From: a virus
Lineage: Duplodnaviria; Caudoviricetes
DNA: 64,000 nt
Reading direction: 5' to 3' (one strand)
Virus record (IMG/VR): IMGVR_UViG_2920951204_000001
Location: 32,001 to 96,000 of that record
The notes beneath the pieces were generated by a model, which was given only the letters and a program-made list of their open reading frames with translations, was not told the DNA's origin and searched no databases. The translations under genes were made by a program, and so were the position numbers. Position 1 is the first letter of the stretch. Every line of letters begins with the position of its first letter. Below, in pieces: positions 11,709 to 23,704 of the stretch.

Positions 11709-13100
11709 ATGTATTTTGTTGTAAAATCACTCGAAAATAGGCACGTCTGCCTAATCGGATGAAAAAAATATTTCATTACTTTACTTTTTTGTTTTGGGAA
11801 CACTTAAACGATTGTTCAAGCTAAGAAAATTTTCTATACCATATTATTCTCTGTTATTATTTATAGATTTTTGGAAGTTTCTTAAATGCTATTACATCTG
11901 TTCTGAAACAAACATTATCCTTATAAATCCTTTTATCTTCTAAACGTGTTTCATTATTATACCCATAAACTTTATATGTATTATAGACATCTAATCGCCT
12001 ATTGTCTTTCCATTGTTTCATCTTTTCATCCCAAAACAAATCCATAACATAAGCCTGATTTGGATCTTTACCATATCTGATTGAACAAATATACCAACCA
12101 CGCTTTTTAGGATTATTCTTTGGGTACGGTTTCCACATATTGAACATTCTCTCACCTCTTCTATACTATATTGTTCTCTTATCAACACTTGTATTCTTTG
12201 AGTAAATCACCATATGACTTATTTGGTGTTATAACAAGATTCATATAATCTACGTTACCACTATTCAATTCTTTCTGAATAGCGTGATAAATATGATACA
12301 TTACTGTTTCTTTGTCTATTCTATCTTCATCTAACAAAAGATTAATTGTAAAACTATTCTGCTTTATGATTCTCACCCCCCTACATATTATATATGATCA
12401 GCATATCTTCCAGTTTTGAAATCTCGTCTTTTAAAGATTCAATTCTGATTCTAACCAATTTGTTAAATCCCTCTACAGCTTCTTCGTATGTATCAGCAAA
12501 GAATCTCGCATATATAGTTACACCATTCTTTTTTAAATCTTTGCCATTTGCTTTATATTCATAGAAATGTTTATCTTCTTTGATTTTACCCTTCACAGGT
12601 TTGCATTTAAGATTTAATGCTCTTTCATCTTCTTGATAAGCAAAAGCCCAAATATCTTTATTGTAATGAGACTCATCAATATTTTGTAAGTTATCAAAAA
12701 CACTATTTCTATTACAATAAATATTTGCACAATATATCATTTTCCACACCTCGCTTTGTTTGAGAATTTGGCTGATTAGCCGTGAATAGAATTGCTTCTA
12801 TATTAGATTATTCTCTACTTTAAACTTCTTTAATTCATCTTGAATCATATTCTGTATATCTTCTTTATCAAAAGATATATTTGCTACTGGAATAACATTT
12901 GCATTTGGATTAACTTCACCAATAATAGTTTCATCAAATGCTTTTATAAACATTTCAGCTATTTCCTTTTCATAATTGCCACACAATCCATTACAGGTTA
13001 TATCTGCAATTACTCTTGAAAAGAAATCTTTGAATTTATCGTCTATAAAATCTCGTTCATATTCTCTTGGTATATCAATCGTTAATTTCACCATTTCACC

Positions 13101-13454
13101 TCACTTATCTTCTTTCCAATCAACCATAATAAATGATAAAAATCCCAAACATGGCTCTATTAATAAAATTTTCCATAATTTAACTGGTTCAGGAAAAATA
13201 AAATTCATTAATAAATTTAATGTCATAAGCCATATTAAAAATCTTATTGTAGATTTATACATGCTATTCTCCTCTTACTTATTCAAAACAATCAGAATGT
13301 TACTTAGATATAAAGCATAGAAGACTAAATACCCACCACCTGCCAAGAATAATAATTTGAACACAAAGTTGACAACATTCTTTTTCGTCCATGTTATCCC
13401 AACAATAAGGTTAAAAATTCCCATAATTAATAAAATAATGTTTAAAATATTCAT
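13101..13454 (-). CDS. Two small membrane proteins missing from the ORF track (13101-13262, 53 aa; 13275-13454, 59 aa)
   Basis: Hydrophobic ORFs MYKSTIRFLIWLM... and MNILNIILLIMGIF..., each with a GGAG-type RBS. Confidence 0.6.
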
Positions 13455-13567
13455 ATTTCACCTCCAAAATTCCTGAAGAAATGTGCGTTTCTTTCTAATG
13501 TAAAATATATACCATATATAGTATATATCGCTTATTTTTAATACTATATATGGTATATTTGTAACAA

Positions 13568-13957
13568 TTACTCACTTAATTCTGCAAGTGCCTTATCCAA
13601 ATCCTCATCAGACATATTTTCAAGTGCTGCATCCTGTCTCTTAGCCTTGATTTCAAGCAATCTCTGTCTCATCTCAGCATTTTTCTTAGCATCTTCTCTC
13701 TTCTTTTTCTCATCCAGCTTCACGCCAACAATATACTTAACAATTTCAATCTTGTTAGAAATCTCCTCGTCTTCCTTTGACTTAGTATTCAGAAGACTCT
13801 CTTCCTCAGACTTCTTTACTTCCGCATTGAGTGTCTTAAACACTGAGTCCAGATTTGTGAGAGATAAATCCCACAAATCAATTACATTAATCATCCCTCT
13901 GAATGGGAACTGATAGTTTGCTCTTGTTGCATTAATAAATAATTCGTTGTTTGTCAT
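13568..13957 (-). CDS. Phage protein, probable partner of the 687 aa protein
   Basis: Y.FPFRG.I.V.DLWDL motif; directly downstream of 13979-16042. Confidence 0.6.
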   Translation of the reverse strand: MTNNELFINATRANYQFPFRGMINVIDLWDLSLTNLDSVFKTLNAEVKKSEEESLLNTKSKEDEEISNKIEIVKYIVGVKLDEKKKREDAKKNAEMRQRLLEIKAKRQDAALENMSDEDLDKALAELSE

Positions 13958-13978
13958 AATAATAATCTCCTTTTCTAA

Positions 13979-16042
13979 TTAAAACTTAATCTTCATTACA
14001 CGCTCTGTTGCGCCCTTAACCTTAACAACTAAATCTGCTCTCTTTGTCATAGAGAATCCAATTCCTGAAAGCTGATCATCAGTATCTTCTACATGACACT
14101 TAGCACCTAAAGCCTCAAATACTCTCTTGTGCTTCATTAAATCATTGTCAAGGAACTCAAGGTAGAATCCATTAGGTTCTTCGCTATTTACACAATCCTT
14201 CAAGAAGAAGAATAAATGTCTATGACCAATTCCATCCTGCTCGTCAAAATAGTTTGGACTGTAACTAATTACTGATACAGGAACAAACTGATTTGTATTT
14301 ACACCCCAAATCTCACGACTTGAAATAGATGAACTTCCAGACAGCTTTTCCTTAATTGAGAAGTTTCCATCCTTATCAAGTGTAACTTCTGCCACCTGAA
14401 CATTACCAGAAACAGGACTATTGTATTCAAACGCAAAAATCTCACCATTGAATTCAATTTCTGCCTTAAATCCTTTACTTCCTCTTGCTGCATACTGATT
14501 AACAAAAAACTTATAAACACCTGGCTTCATATGAGACATATCTGCCCATGTAATATTTTCCACAGAAGGTTTTCCTGCCATCTGCTCCATAGGATGTGTA
14601 ATATCAATATCTAACTGACCGCCACATCTTGACATACTAGGTTTTCTACAATTTCTGAAATAAATCTCGTTTCCATCAGGTTCTTTGCAATGTGCATCAA
14701 GGTCACTGTTGTCATTTTGTCCCTCATTCCACATGATTGAAAATCTGAGTACACCGTCAACATTACCGCCAGCAGCTTTTACATTCTGCTTCATATCAGA
14801 GTCAGTAATATTTCCTGAATAAGCCCAAGATAATCCATTGTTCCACTTGAACATTGTCTTAGCGTCTGGATTAACAGGTGCAATCATAGAAACAAAGTTC
14901 TTCTCATGTTTATTCTCTACAAAAGCTTCAATCTCTTTTGCGGTTGGAAGTACCTTATCAATGAAATCCTGTGCTGAAATCTCCTCAACCTTAGAAAACT
15001 TCTTAGGACTTACAGCAACATCTTTTTCCATCTGACCAAAAATATCATCTGCACCAACCATTCTTCTTGCAGCACTCTTGTTTGAGAACAGTACATTGTT
15101 TACAGTAATATCGTTCAGATTAGCAAATCTTCTCTGTAATGAATCCATATATCCAAGTTCTGTAATAGTCTTCTTTGCATCCTCAAGCATCTTCTTTGTA
15201 AAAATAGCCTTTGGTCTTTTATAGTTGCTCGGTGCTGTAATCTGCTCATACTTTTTAACTGCTGTGTCAAGATCCATATCCTCACTTACATTAATAAGAA
15301 GTGTTCCAATAGAATGATTTCTAATTCTACCGATAGCCATACCTGCTGTTGCCGACTTCTCCCAAGCATATAAATCCTTTTCAGTATCAGAAGTCAGCTT
15401 ATCGTATTCCTTCTTATACTTCTTGAACTCTGTTAGTACACCTTTCCACTCTTCACCCTTGTAAAGTGTATTTGAATTGATAAGTTCAAGAATTGTATCA
15501 AGTGCTTCCATAGTAATCTCATCAAGAGAACGCTTAAATACATTTCTTGTGTCTCTGAACTGTCCTTTAACTTCCTCATTAGAACGACTACTTCTATTTA
15601 CAAACTTACTTGGAAGTTCTAAGAAGAAATGATCCCACTGATGAGATTTTCCATTGATTTCCTCAAAGTTAAAATCTGTACCAATCTTAGGGAACTTAGT
15701 TGTATAAATATCTGTAACTGTATGAGCTTTTACAAAAGCGTCAAGTGCATCGCACACTGGCTGATATGTTGTATCGCCAAGATTCAGTTCCCAAATCGTA
15801 TGAATCTGGTTATCCTTGATAGTGACAGCAGAACCAATATTCTTAATAAACTGTCTACAACAACTACAATCATGTTCTCTACGCTCTCTGAAAATCTCAT
15901 TTGTACCAGCAGGGAAGCTATCAAGATATGTATTCCATAATTCATCCTTATCTACATTTACCTCAAATAAATGTGTTGCCTCTTTCTGCATTTCATCGAA
16001 GTGCTTCTGTAAAGCCTTCTTAAATTTCATAAATCCATCCAT
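13979..16042 (-). CDS. Large phage protein with YfaP/DUF2135-like domain
   Basis: N-terminal HDCSCCRQF; DLDAH...LDID...ENITW...PGVYKFFV signature. Confidence 0.6.
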   Translation of the reverse strand: MDGFMKFKKALQKHFDEMQKEATHLFEVNVDKDELWNTYLDSFPAGTNEIFRERREHDCSCCRQFIKNIGSAVTIKDNQIHTIWELNLGDTTYQPVCDALDAFVKAHTVTDIYTTKFPKIGTDFNFEEINGKSHQWDHFFLELPSKFVNRSSRSNEEVKGQFRDTRNVFKRSLDEITMEALDTILELINSNTLYKGEEWKGVLTEFKKYKKEYDKLTSDTEKDLYAWEKSATAGMAIGRIRNHSIGTLLINVSEDMDLDTAVKKYEQITAPSNYKRPKAIFTKKMLEDAKKTITELGYMDSLQRRFANLNDITVNNVLFSNKSAARRMVGADDIFGQMEKDVAVSPKKFSKVEEISAQDFIDKVLPTAKEIEAFVENKHEKNFVSMIAPVNPDAKTMFKWNNGLSWAYSGNITDSDMKQNVKAAGGNVDGVLRFSIMWNEGQNDNSDLDAHCKEPDGNEIYFRNCRKPSMSRCGGQLDIDITHPMEQMAGKPSVENITWADMSHMKPGVYKFFVNQYAARGSKGFKAEIEFNGEIFAFEYNSPVSGNVQVAEVTLDKDGNFSIKEKLSGSSSISSREIWGVNTNQFVPVSVISYSPNYFDEQDGIGHRHLFFFLKDCVNSEEPNGFYLEFLDNDLMKHKRVFEALGAKCHVEDTDDQLSGIGFSMTKRADLVVKVKGATERVMKIKF

Positions 16043-16092
16043 GTTTTGTACCTCTTCTTTCTTATGTTTATTTTTGTTAATTGTTTCTACTG

Positions 16093-17360
16093 GTCAACAA
16101 CCCACAACCTAAAGCTTGATGGGCTTGTAGCTCGATACGACTTCATTATTACATTTAAGGGTGCAACAATTTATTCGTAAGCATAAGCTACCTACCAGGA
16201 CATGAGCTTGCCCCTAAAATTCTTTTTCCCTCTGTTAATATGTTCTTTGCAGCATTAATATCCCTATCATGGGCTGTGCCACATTCTAAACATGTCCATT
16301 CTCTAATCCATAATGGCTTCTTGCCTGTAACACATCCGCAACATGAACAAATCTGTGAACTAGGAAACCATCTATCAATTTTTTGAACAGTACGTCCCTT
16401 ATCTAATGCCTTATATTCCAACATATTCACAAATTCAATCCAACCAACATCAGAAATACTCAATGCTAAATGATGATTTTTCATAAGACCTTTTACATTT
16501 AAATCTTCTAAAGCTATAACTTGGTTCTCGTTTGTAAGCTTATAAGAAATTTTATGTAAATAGTCTTTTCGCTGATTAGCGATATGCTGATGCAACTTGG
16601 CAATTTTTATTTTCTGACGATTATAATTTTTACTTCCTCGTTTCATTTTGCTTAGTTTTCTTTGCTCTCGTTTGAGTTTTGGTAACTCATTTCGTAAAGA
16701 CTGTAATACTGGAAATTTCTCACCATCAGAGCAGATTGCTAAATCTTTTAATCCTAAATCAATGCCTACTTCCTTATTTATTGGTTCTAATTTTTTTAAT
16801 AATTCTTCATCTTTCCATAAAATAGCAATATAAAACTCACCAGTCGGTGTCATAGAAATAGTACATGATTTTGCAATCCCACTTTTATGACGATGATTGA
16901 TAATTTTCACACGTCCTAATTTCGTAATTTTAATATCATTTTCTGTAACTGGATAACCAGAAGTTTGCATTGTTTTATAACTATTTTTAGGATACTTTTT
17001 ACTCTTGTATTTCGGATATCCAAAGTTCTTTTCTTTGAAAAACTTAGAAAACGCTGATTGTAAATCCATTTGTGTAAAACATAATGCAGTAGCATCTACT
17101 TCTTTCAACCATAAAAACTCTTTCTTATAAAAAGCAGGAGTATTAATTTTGCCTTTTTTATTCTTTTCGTAATATTTAATATTATCATGCAAAGCTTGAT
17201 TCCAATACCATCTACAGCATCCAAAAGTTTTTATTATGAGTTGTTTTTGTTCATCAGTAGGATAACATCTTATTTTGTATGCTTTAATAATTTCTCACCT
17301 CCTAATAGTATTTTCTTTTCCACAATTCTACCCATCGGCTAAAGTTAATGGGATATCTGA
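16093..17360 (-). mobile_element. Non-autonomous IS200/IS605-family element 1 (tnpB only); ends approximate
   Basis: Subterminal hairpins CCCACAACCTAAAGCTTGATGGG (~16101) and CCCATCGGCTAAAGTTAATGGG (~17331). Confidence 0.75.
16188..17291 (-). CDS. tnpB: TnpB RNA-guided nuclease, likely ATT start
   Basis: GIDLG, LEDL, CxxC zinc finger, DRDINAA; frame extends to [11 protein letters not shown] after SD AGGAGGTG. Confidence 0.9.
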   Translation of the reverse strand: MIKAYKIRCYPTDEQKQLIIKTFGCCRWYWNQALHDNIKYYEKNKKGKINTPAFYKKEFLWLKEVDATALCFTQMDLQSAFSKFFKEKNFGYPKYKSKKYPKNSYKTMQTSGYPVTENDIKITKLGRVKIINHRHKSGIAKSCTISMTPTGEFYIAILWKDEELLKKLEPINKEVGIDLGLKDLAICSDGEKFPVLQSLRNELPKLKREQRKLSKMKRGSKNYNRQKIKIAKLHQHIANQRKDYLHKISYKLTNENQVIALEDLNVKGLMKNHHLALSISDVGWIEFVNMLEYKALDKGRTVQKIDRWFPSSQICSCCGCVTGKKPLWIREWTCLECGTAHDRDINAAKNILTEGKRILGASSCPGR

Positions 17361-17404
17361 CTAATTTATTAAGATGTGTTGCCATTACACCACATATGAA
17401 TTAA

Positions 17405-17476
17405 CAGCCCTAGCAGGACTCGAACCTGCAAATCGTGGGATCAAAACCCACTGCCTTACCGTTTGGCGATAGAGCT
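17405..17476 (-). tRNA. tRNA-Gln(UUG)
   Basis: Cloverleaf AGCTCTA/TAGGGCT, GTGGG-TTTTGAT-CCCAC, GCAGG-TTCGAGT-CCTGC. Confidence 0.9.
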
Positions 17477-17721
17477 AGATAGTGTTTTAAGTGTTATCGC
17501 CTCACATTTATTTTAAACAGAAATTGTACCCACAAAGATGAGATAAAAGAATCGCCAGAACCGACTATGTATAAGAATTTCAGATGTTTTCCAATTTCTG
17601 TTGTCTACTTTATTATTCTCTTTTTCTCTTTTAATTTATTAATTCGTAAGAATATTCAATACAATAATATTTATTTTTTTCTATAGAAACAGAAGGTTGG
17701 CTAATTATTGCTCCAAATTTA

Positions 17722-19389
17722 TTAAATCAAAATGTATATAGACCAAATTATTAGTACGATGAAAAGTAAACACATTTCTCCTAGAAAAATAACTGAACAA
17801 ATTTTTGAAATATCATCATCCTCATTAAAAACACCTATGACAATTCCTATTTGTACAAATAAAGGAATTGATATTATAATTGCCTTAATTAATCTAATCC
17901 AATCCATCCATTCCACCATCCTTTACAATATCAATTGCAACCGAAATACCATTAGCATATCCTTTTGCCTCTTCCCATTGTATCGTAGAACCACAAGAAC
18001 ATCTTTTCTTTTCTTCTGCCAACTTTTCCTCTGTTTTTAACTGTTTAATAACCTTATCCACGTCATAATCTGCCGGTCTTGATTTTAAAAATTTAATAAG
18101 ATTATTAATACTGACTAATTTATCTTTCTCTCGTCCCTTGTTCCATTCAAGGATACTTATTAATTCATCTGCGTCTATTAATCTCATTTATAAATCACTC
18201 CAATCTAATTTCTGCCCACAGTAATGGCAATAGTCAGGCTTGTTACCATAAGGGTCTAATACACTGCCTTTCTGACAACTTGAACACATATAATCTCCAC
18301 AATCATCAAATTGTAATGGATGTACAAACACTGGTTTCATTGAAATCTGCTTTTCAAGTGCTGATATTGCCATGCTATGGGATGTTAAACATTTACATGT
18401 ATATACTTCATCATCTGTATATTTTTTAAGAAATTTTACTGCTTCTTTGATTTCCATATTATCCTCCTTAATTCAATACCAATGTTACATCATCTAACAA
18501 CAAAACCTTTTCATCAGGGCTAAAACGAGCTTTAGTTCCTGCATAGTCTTCACTAAGAAACACAGCATTAAATTCATCTGCTATGCTAGTTGTCTTACCA
18601 TTTTCACTGTAAAAATTTTCAGTCTTCATATAATAAAATCTTGCATCATTAGTAAAAATATCTCCAATTACTAAATCACTAAATTTTCTAGTATCATTTC
18701 TATTATCTTCAATCTTCATTTTTCTCGCTCCTTTCTGCTAGTTTTGCATATTTCCAAGATATAATATCATTTCTTACAGAATTGTTTTTGCTCGCCGACC
18801 AGGATGTTCTTCCGTCACAAAACGACCATACGACACCATCTGCAAATTTAGCAAAATATCTATTCATCCATCCTTCATCTTCATCATCTCTAACCAAAAT
18901 CGGTGTATCAACCTTGACTTTCGACCAGTCAACTTTTGGCTCTTTATATTCTGAGAATAGCCACTTTAAGGCTCTATCAGAACAAAGATAATCAGACTGG
19001 TTAAAAAATAAACATTCACGACACTTTGTATTCCCGTCACATCTTTGTAAGTGCCCCTGTGCTAGTGCTAACTTATTAAGGTTTATGACACCTAATTCCA
19101 TTAATTTATCTTTGTATTTCTCAATATTTAACATATTATAATCCTCCTATTATTTCTCCAATCTATATTCCACAATTCTGTGTTCGTTCTGTCCCATACG
19201 ACACATTTTCTTATAAGCAGCTTCTTTATCTTGATAAGCACCACCATGAGAATTGAACGTTATTTCACCTGTATTTATATTCTCTATCGCATACAATACT
19301 TCCGGTCTATTAACTCTTGCTAACTGTTCTGTTTTAATTTTATGTATGATTTTTGCCGTTTCATTTATTGCCTCAACCAAGTCTTGCAT
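17722..19389 (-). other. Cluster of typical Clostridia-phage short genes (MRLIDAD-type, zinc-ribbon, VDWSKV-type)
   Basis: ORFs 17722-17919, 17894-18187, 18188-18457, 18468-18719, 18709-19134, 19150-19389. Confidence 0.65.
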
Positions 19390-19449
19390 AGTTTTTTTTA
19401 AAATTACTATTATCCATTTATAACCACTCCTTTCTGCAACAAATAATTA

Positions 19450-20714
19450 GTGAACCGCAACCAAGCTAAAGACTTGCTTGCTTCCTAATCAATATCTCTA
19501 ATGAGACAAGTTTACTTAGGCTATCTCGACAGTTCCTGCCGTTCTCATTCTCAAACCTTCATTGAGAATATTTATTGCTGCATTTATATCTCTTTCATGA
19601 TGTATACCACAAATAGGGCAAGTCCATTCTCTTATAGATAATGCTTTTTTACCATCTTTGTGTCCACAATTAGAACATATCTGACTTGATGGATACCAAG
19701 TATCAATCTTAATAACTTCTCGACCATACCATTCAGCCTTATATTCCAACTGTCTTACAAATTCACTCCATGATACATCTGCTATTGATTTTGCTAATTT
19801 GTGATTACTCATCATATTTTTTACACGAAGATCTTCAAGTACAATCGTTTGATTTTCACGAATAATTCTTGTAGATAACTTATGTAAAAAATCTTTTCTC
19901 TGATTAGCAATCTTTTCATGTTGTTTTGCAACTTTTATTCTACATTTCTCTCTGTTGTTACTTCCCTTTTTACAACGAGATAAATCCTTTTGCAACTTTC
20001 TTAATTTCTTTTCAGACTTTCTAAGATATTTAGGATTTTCTATCATTTCTCCATCAGAAGTAATACAGAATTCTTTAATTCCAAGATCAATACCTATTTC
20101 ATTATTACTAATAGGTAATTTTCCCTTCTCGTCTTGATTTACTAAAACAGAAACATAATATTTACCTGAAGGATTTTGAGAAACTGTAACAGATTTAATC
20201 AACCCTTCAAAATCTCTATGTTTCTTAACTCTAACTAAGCCAATCTTAGGAAGTTTAATATACCTGTCAGATACATAAATATTTCCACCTTGATTATTAG
20301 TAGTATAAGAGTGGTTATGATTTTTCTTACTCTTGAATTTTGGAAATCCTGCCTCTGGTCTTTTGAAGAAATTGTTATATGCTGTTTGTAAATTCATCTG
20401 TGCATTCGCTAACGCAAGTGAATCTACTTCTTTCAACCACTCAAATTCTTTTTTATATTGAGCAGGTGTATTATTAAGTTTCTTTTTGGTTTCTTTATAA
20501 TATTCAATCTTATCTGAAAGCATACGATTATAGATGAATCGTACACATCCAAAGCATTTAGTAAAATATTCTTTTTGCTCTTTGTTAGGGTATAATCTAT
20601 ATTTATATGCTACTAATATCTATAATCACTTCCTTTCGTTTATACATTCTCTGTTATTATTCCTTTTATTTTTCGCATTCATCCACTAGGCTGAAGACCT
20701 AGTGGATTTCTGCT
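19450..20714 (-). mobile_element. Non-autonomous IS200/IS605-family element 2 (tnpB only)
   Basis: Left-end hairpin ATCCACTAGGCTGAAGACCTAGTGGAT (20681-20707); right end on minus strand ...GTCTTTAGCTTGGTTGCGGTTCAC; TTTAT immediately upstream. Confidence 0.8.
19516..20619 (-). CDS. tnpB: TnpB RNA-guided nuclease, likely ATA start
   Basis: GIDLG, LEDL, zinc finger, ERDINAA; frame extends to (I)[10 protein letters not shown] after SD AAAGGAAGTG. Confidence 0.9.
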   Translation of the reverse strand: MLVAYKYRLYPNKEQKEYFTKCFGCVRFIYNRMLSDKIEYYKETKKKLNNTPAQYKKEFEWLKEVDSLALANAQMNLQTAYNNFFKRPEAGFPKFKSKKNHNHSYTTNNQGGNIYVSDRYIKLPKIGLVRVKKHRDFEGLIKSVTVSQNPSGKYYVSVLVNQDEKGKLPISNNEIGIDLGIKEFCITSDGEMIENPKYLRKSEKKLRKLQKDLSRCKKGSNNREKCRIKVAKQHEKIANQRKDFLHKLSTRIIRENQTIVLEDLRVKNMMSNHKLAKSIADVSWSEFVRQLEYKAEWYGREVIKIDTWYPSSQICSNCGHKDGKKALSIREWTCPICGIHHERDINAAINILNEGLRMRTAGTVEIA

Positions 20715-22207
20715 ATAAACTTTTTAAAGTCATTCTTCATATAGGCAAAATTAATCTTTTGACTAGGACTGAAATTTGATTTTCCATTCTGGTAATCCTT
20801 AATCCAATTCACAAATTCTTCGTCTTTGTTTTCTCTTACCGCAAATCCCATAAGTCCGATTAATGCATTTTTACAGTTTATGTAGACAGGACTATCTATC
20901 CTAACGCAATCGTCAACCATGTCAGAATATAACTCGACATCTTCTGAATCAATTTCTGACGATACAGTTTCTTTACAGAACTCCAAAACTTGTTTATTTG
21001 GGTCATTTTTTACGTCTAACGGTGCATTTTCGTCATCAGATTCCAAATTATTTCCTAATGAAACAGCAGTTTCATTGTCTTCTTCTAAACTATTATTCTC
21101 CATTTCTGTTTCCATTTTTTCAAAATGTAAATATTTCTTCATTAAACATGTAATATGATTAATTTTACATTCAAGCACTGATTTGTCTTTTGTGTGCTTA
21201 TTTACATCTAAATCATTCCATGTTGTTCCGTCGACTTCTATTTCTTTCATATTTGATACAAATTCATTTAAAAATTCACCAAATTTAGAATCTTCTAAAC
21301 CATATTTTGTAAACTTATCAAAAACAACCATCCAAACTGCCATATCTTTCGATACGAATAAGTCTGAAATTTCCTTGTTATCAATCTTGTCCGAATATGG
21401 AGCAATGCGTTTAAAGTATTCTTCAATCTTCTTAAATTCATCTATTGACGAATTGTTATTTAAAAAGTCACACATTTTTTTAGGATCTTTTTTCCATTCA
21501 TCTAAATAAAATACCGCCATAACAGACTCGCTAATAACTCTTTCCCAGATTCCTTTGTGCTTTTCGTTTTCTGTAAGTGCTGTTCCATCTTTAAGAAATA
21601 TACTTGAGTCTTTAATTCTCTTAATTTCATTTGCAAATTTTCCGATATATGTAAGGGCTTTCTGTGATGGATTCATAGCAACATGACTGTTCATTATACT
21701 TACCAATGAAGAAGTTTCTTCTGAAGTACAGTCTTGATATATAGTTGTCATCAATGGGCATTTGTTAAATTGTCTTTTTAATTCATCAGGAAGATCATCA
21801 TATGTTTTCTTTCTTAGATCAAATTCAACAGTTTCCCAAACTATATCTCCATTTTCATCACGAATAATTTTCCCGTTTTCATCAACTTTCTTCTTATTAT
21901 AAGTAACGAATGGATTACGAATAAGAGTTGTGATTTTATATCCGCTATATTTAAATCTTCTAAGTGCTTCTGTTCTGTGTCCACCATCGACAACATATGT
22001 AATTGTTATTCCTGATTTATCTTCTTCTGCGAGAATTAAATTAGGAATACATATTTTTTGCGAGACTGCACTGTAAATTAAATTATTGACGCTTTCATTT
22101 GTCCAGCAGAAATCTCTTTGAACTGCCTGATCTGTTTTAATGGTTTCATTCTGTGCATCATCGATATACTGTCCTATCGTTGTTGGTTCTGTTCTAAATC
22201 CGTTCAT
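20699..22207 (-). CDS. ParB-like/DUF262 domain protein (SPbeta YopQ-like)
   Basis: QRDFCW and VVDGGHR motifs. Confidence 0.65.
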   Translation of the reverse strand: MNGFRTEPTTIGQYIDDAQNETIKTDQAVQRDFCWTNESVNNLIYSAVSQKICIPNLILAEEDKSGITITYVVDGGHRTEALRRFKYSGYKITTLIRNPFVTYNKKKVDENGKIIRDENGDIVWETVEFDLRKKTYDDLPDELKRQFNKCPLMTTIYQDCTSEETSSLVSIMNSHVAMNPSQKALTYIGKFANEIKRIKDSSIFLKDGTALTENEKHKGIWERVISESVMAVFYLDEWKKDPKKMCDFLNNNSSIDEFKKIEEYFKRIAPYSDKIDNKEISDLFVSKDMAVWMVVFDKFTKYGLEDSKFGEFLNEFVSNMKEIEVDGTTWNDLDVNKHTKDKSVLECKINHITCLMKKYLHFEKMETEMENNSLEEDNETAVSLGNNLESDDENAPLDVKNDPNKQVLEFCKETVSSEIDSEDVELYSDMVDDCVRIDSPVYINCKNALIGLMGFAVRENKDEEFVNWIKDYQNGKSNFSPSQKINFAYMKNDFKKFIAEIH

Positions 22208-22212
22208 ATTAT

Positions 22213-22836
22213 TTATCTCCTTATAAGTGATCTAATGATTCTTAAATTCTTTTCATCCATAATTGCTTTATGATTATCTTTATACATAGTTTCGTTTATA
22301 TGCAACATTTCCTGTATTTCCTTTGGTAAGTATCCTTCACTTAAATATGTAAGTATTATTCTTTGAATCCTAGAGAGACGTGATAAGTATTCTTTCATTT
22401 CTTTACTATACTCTTCTTTAAAGACTTCTTCTTCTAAACTATAAGAAGAACTTATCCGCTCAAACATACTCAAACACTCTTCTGTTGGTGCATCGAGAGA
22501 AAAATCCGGAATAAATACTATATTTCCATTTTCATCTTCTATCATATTACTTCTGCATTTACGATTTTTATCACGAATATATGTTGCATATAATCTTCTG
22601 CTTAAAATATTGTAAAAAAACGTATTAAAAGATGCTCCTTTTGCATTATTTTCATCGTACTTCTCAACAGCTTTGTATAATAATAATTGTGCCAAACTAA
22701 AAATATCGTCATGGTCTTTTTCACTAATTCCACCCGTTCTGATTATAATTGGATAGCACACCATCTTTAATTTTTTCATATTATTATTACAATAGTCATA
22801 AATAATTTCCATTTGTTTCTCATTTAACTTTGTCAT
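22213..22836 (-). CDS. Phage sigma-70-like factor
   Basis: Region 2-like DDIFS...AVEKYD...ASFNTF; C-terminal HTH LS..QR....GY..KEIQEML. Confidence 0.7.
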   Translation of the reverse strand: MTKLNEKQMEIIYDYCNNNMKKLKMVCYPIIIRTGGISEKDHDDIFSLAQLLLYKAVEKYDENNAKGASFNTFFYNILSRRLYATYIRDKNRKCRSNMIEDENGNIVFIPDFSLDAPTEECLSMFERISSSYSLEEEVFKEEYSKEMKEYLSRLSRIQRIILTYLSEGYLPKEIQEMLHINETMYKDNHKAIMDEKNLRIIRSLIRR

Positions 22837-22851
22837 CTCATCACTCCTATC

Positions 22852-23460
22852 CTAGAAATCAAATAATTCTTTTAATACTCTTGGTTCATAAAAACGCTTG
22901 TCCATTCCTGCCACACATCTGTTGATCTCATCAGTAGCGGTTTCGGATATTTTCTTGCTAAGAATAATATTCAGAACACTCAATTCGTTCTTTATGCTTC
23001 TTCTTATTATTCTCCGTTCTTTTAACATTTTATATACCTTGTATCCTTGTGCAGCATTTAAGTTGCAAAACTCTATGTAATGAAGTAAATCGCAAATTTC
23101 CTTGTCGATGTTACTTAACTTTTGATTTAATTCTTCTTTCCTACGTAATGCATCGCTTGCCAATCCATTTAGATCAGAAATTTTGTCTAACCAACATTGG
23201 ATATTTTCTGAAACCAAAACCTTTTCTGTATCTTTTAGTTCCTTGTCTGTTGCCGGTTTGATTTCCTTTGGCACTTCCTCACTCGTTTTTTCCACATAAA
23301 AAACTCCTCTTAACGCCTTCGCCAATGAACATTTTTGTATATTTTCAGCCTGTTTTTTACTAAAAATGTCCGCAAAAGACTCACATGAAGTAGGAACATA
23401 CTTTCCATTCCTGTCCTTCATGATCCATCGAGTTCCGTCTGTAATGACATAGTTTGCCAT
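22852..23460 (-). CDS. Phage coiled-coil protein, first gene of the putative SOS-controlled operon
   Basis: DLLHYIEF..LNAAQGYK motif; RBS AGAGGTG. Confidence 0.6.
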   Translation of the reverse strand: MANYVITDGTRWIMKDRNGKYVPTSCESFADIFSKKQAENIQKCSLAKALRGVFYVEKTSEEVPKEIKPATDKELKDTEKVLVSENIQCWLDKISDLNGLASDALRRKEELNQKLSNIDKEICDLLHYIEFCNLNAAQGYKVYKMLKERRIIRRSIKNELSVLNIILSKKISETATDEINRCVAGMDKRFYEPRVLKELFDF

Positions 23461-23704
23461 CGAAACACCTCTTTCTTATTTAATTTTTTAAAATTTTTTG
23501 ATAAATTTTGCAGAATTGCTAACGATTGCCAAGTCAAAATCTCACCTTTAACTTGACATTTTTGAATTAATATGTAATATTGGGGTTAGCAACGTACTGC
23601 GTTTAACGTATTTACGTTGTGTTTTATGTAATTTAGATAGGGTCTGTATTAGGTACTGCCAATACCTTTTACATCAAGACTCTATCTTTTTTTTGTATAA
23701 TAAG

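Noticed and set aside
12782-12800. Additional junction site GAAT-AGAATTG-CTTC
   Set aside because: 7-bp spacer and weak arms; not counted
17365-17400. tRNA-like 5' half (TGTGGTGTAATGGCAACACA) after tRNA-Gln
   Set aside because: No anticodon or T arm recoverable, even after removing the adjacent IS; at most a remnant
19385-19420. Programmed frameshift at TTTAAAAAAAAC joining an upstream ATG to ORF 19150-19389
   Set aside because: A single homopolymer; indistinguishable from an indel or sequencing error
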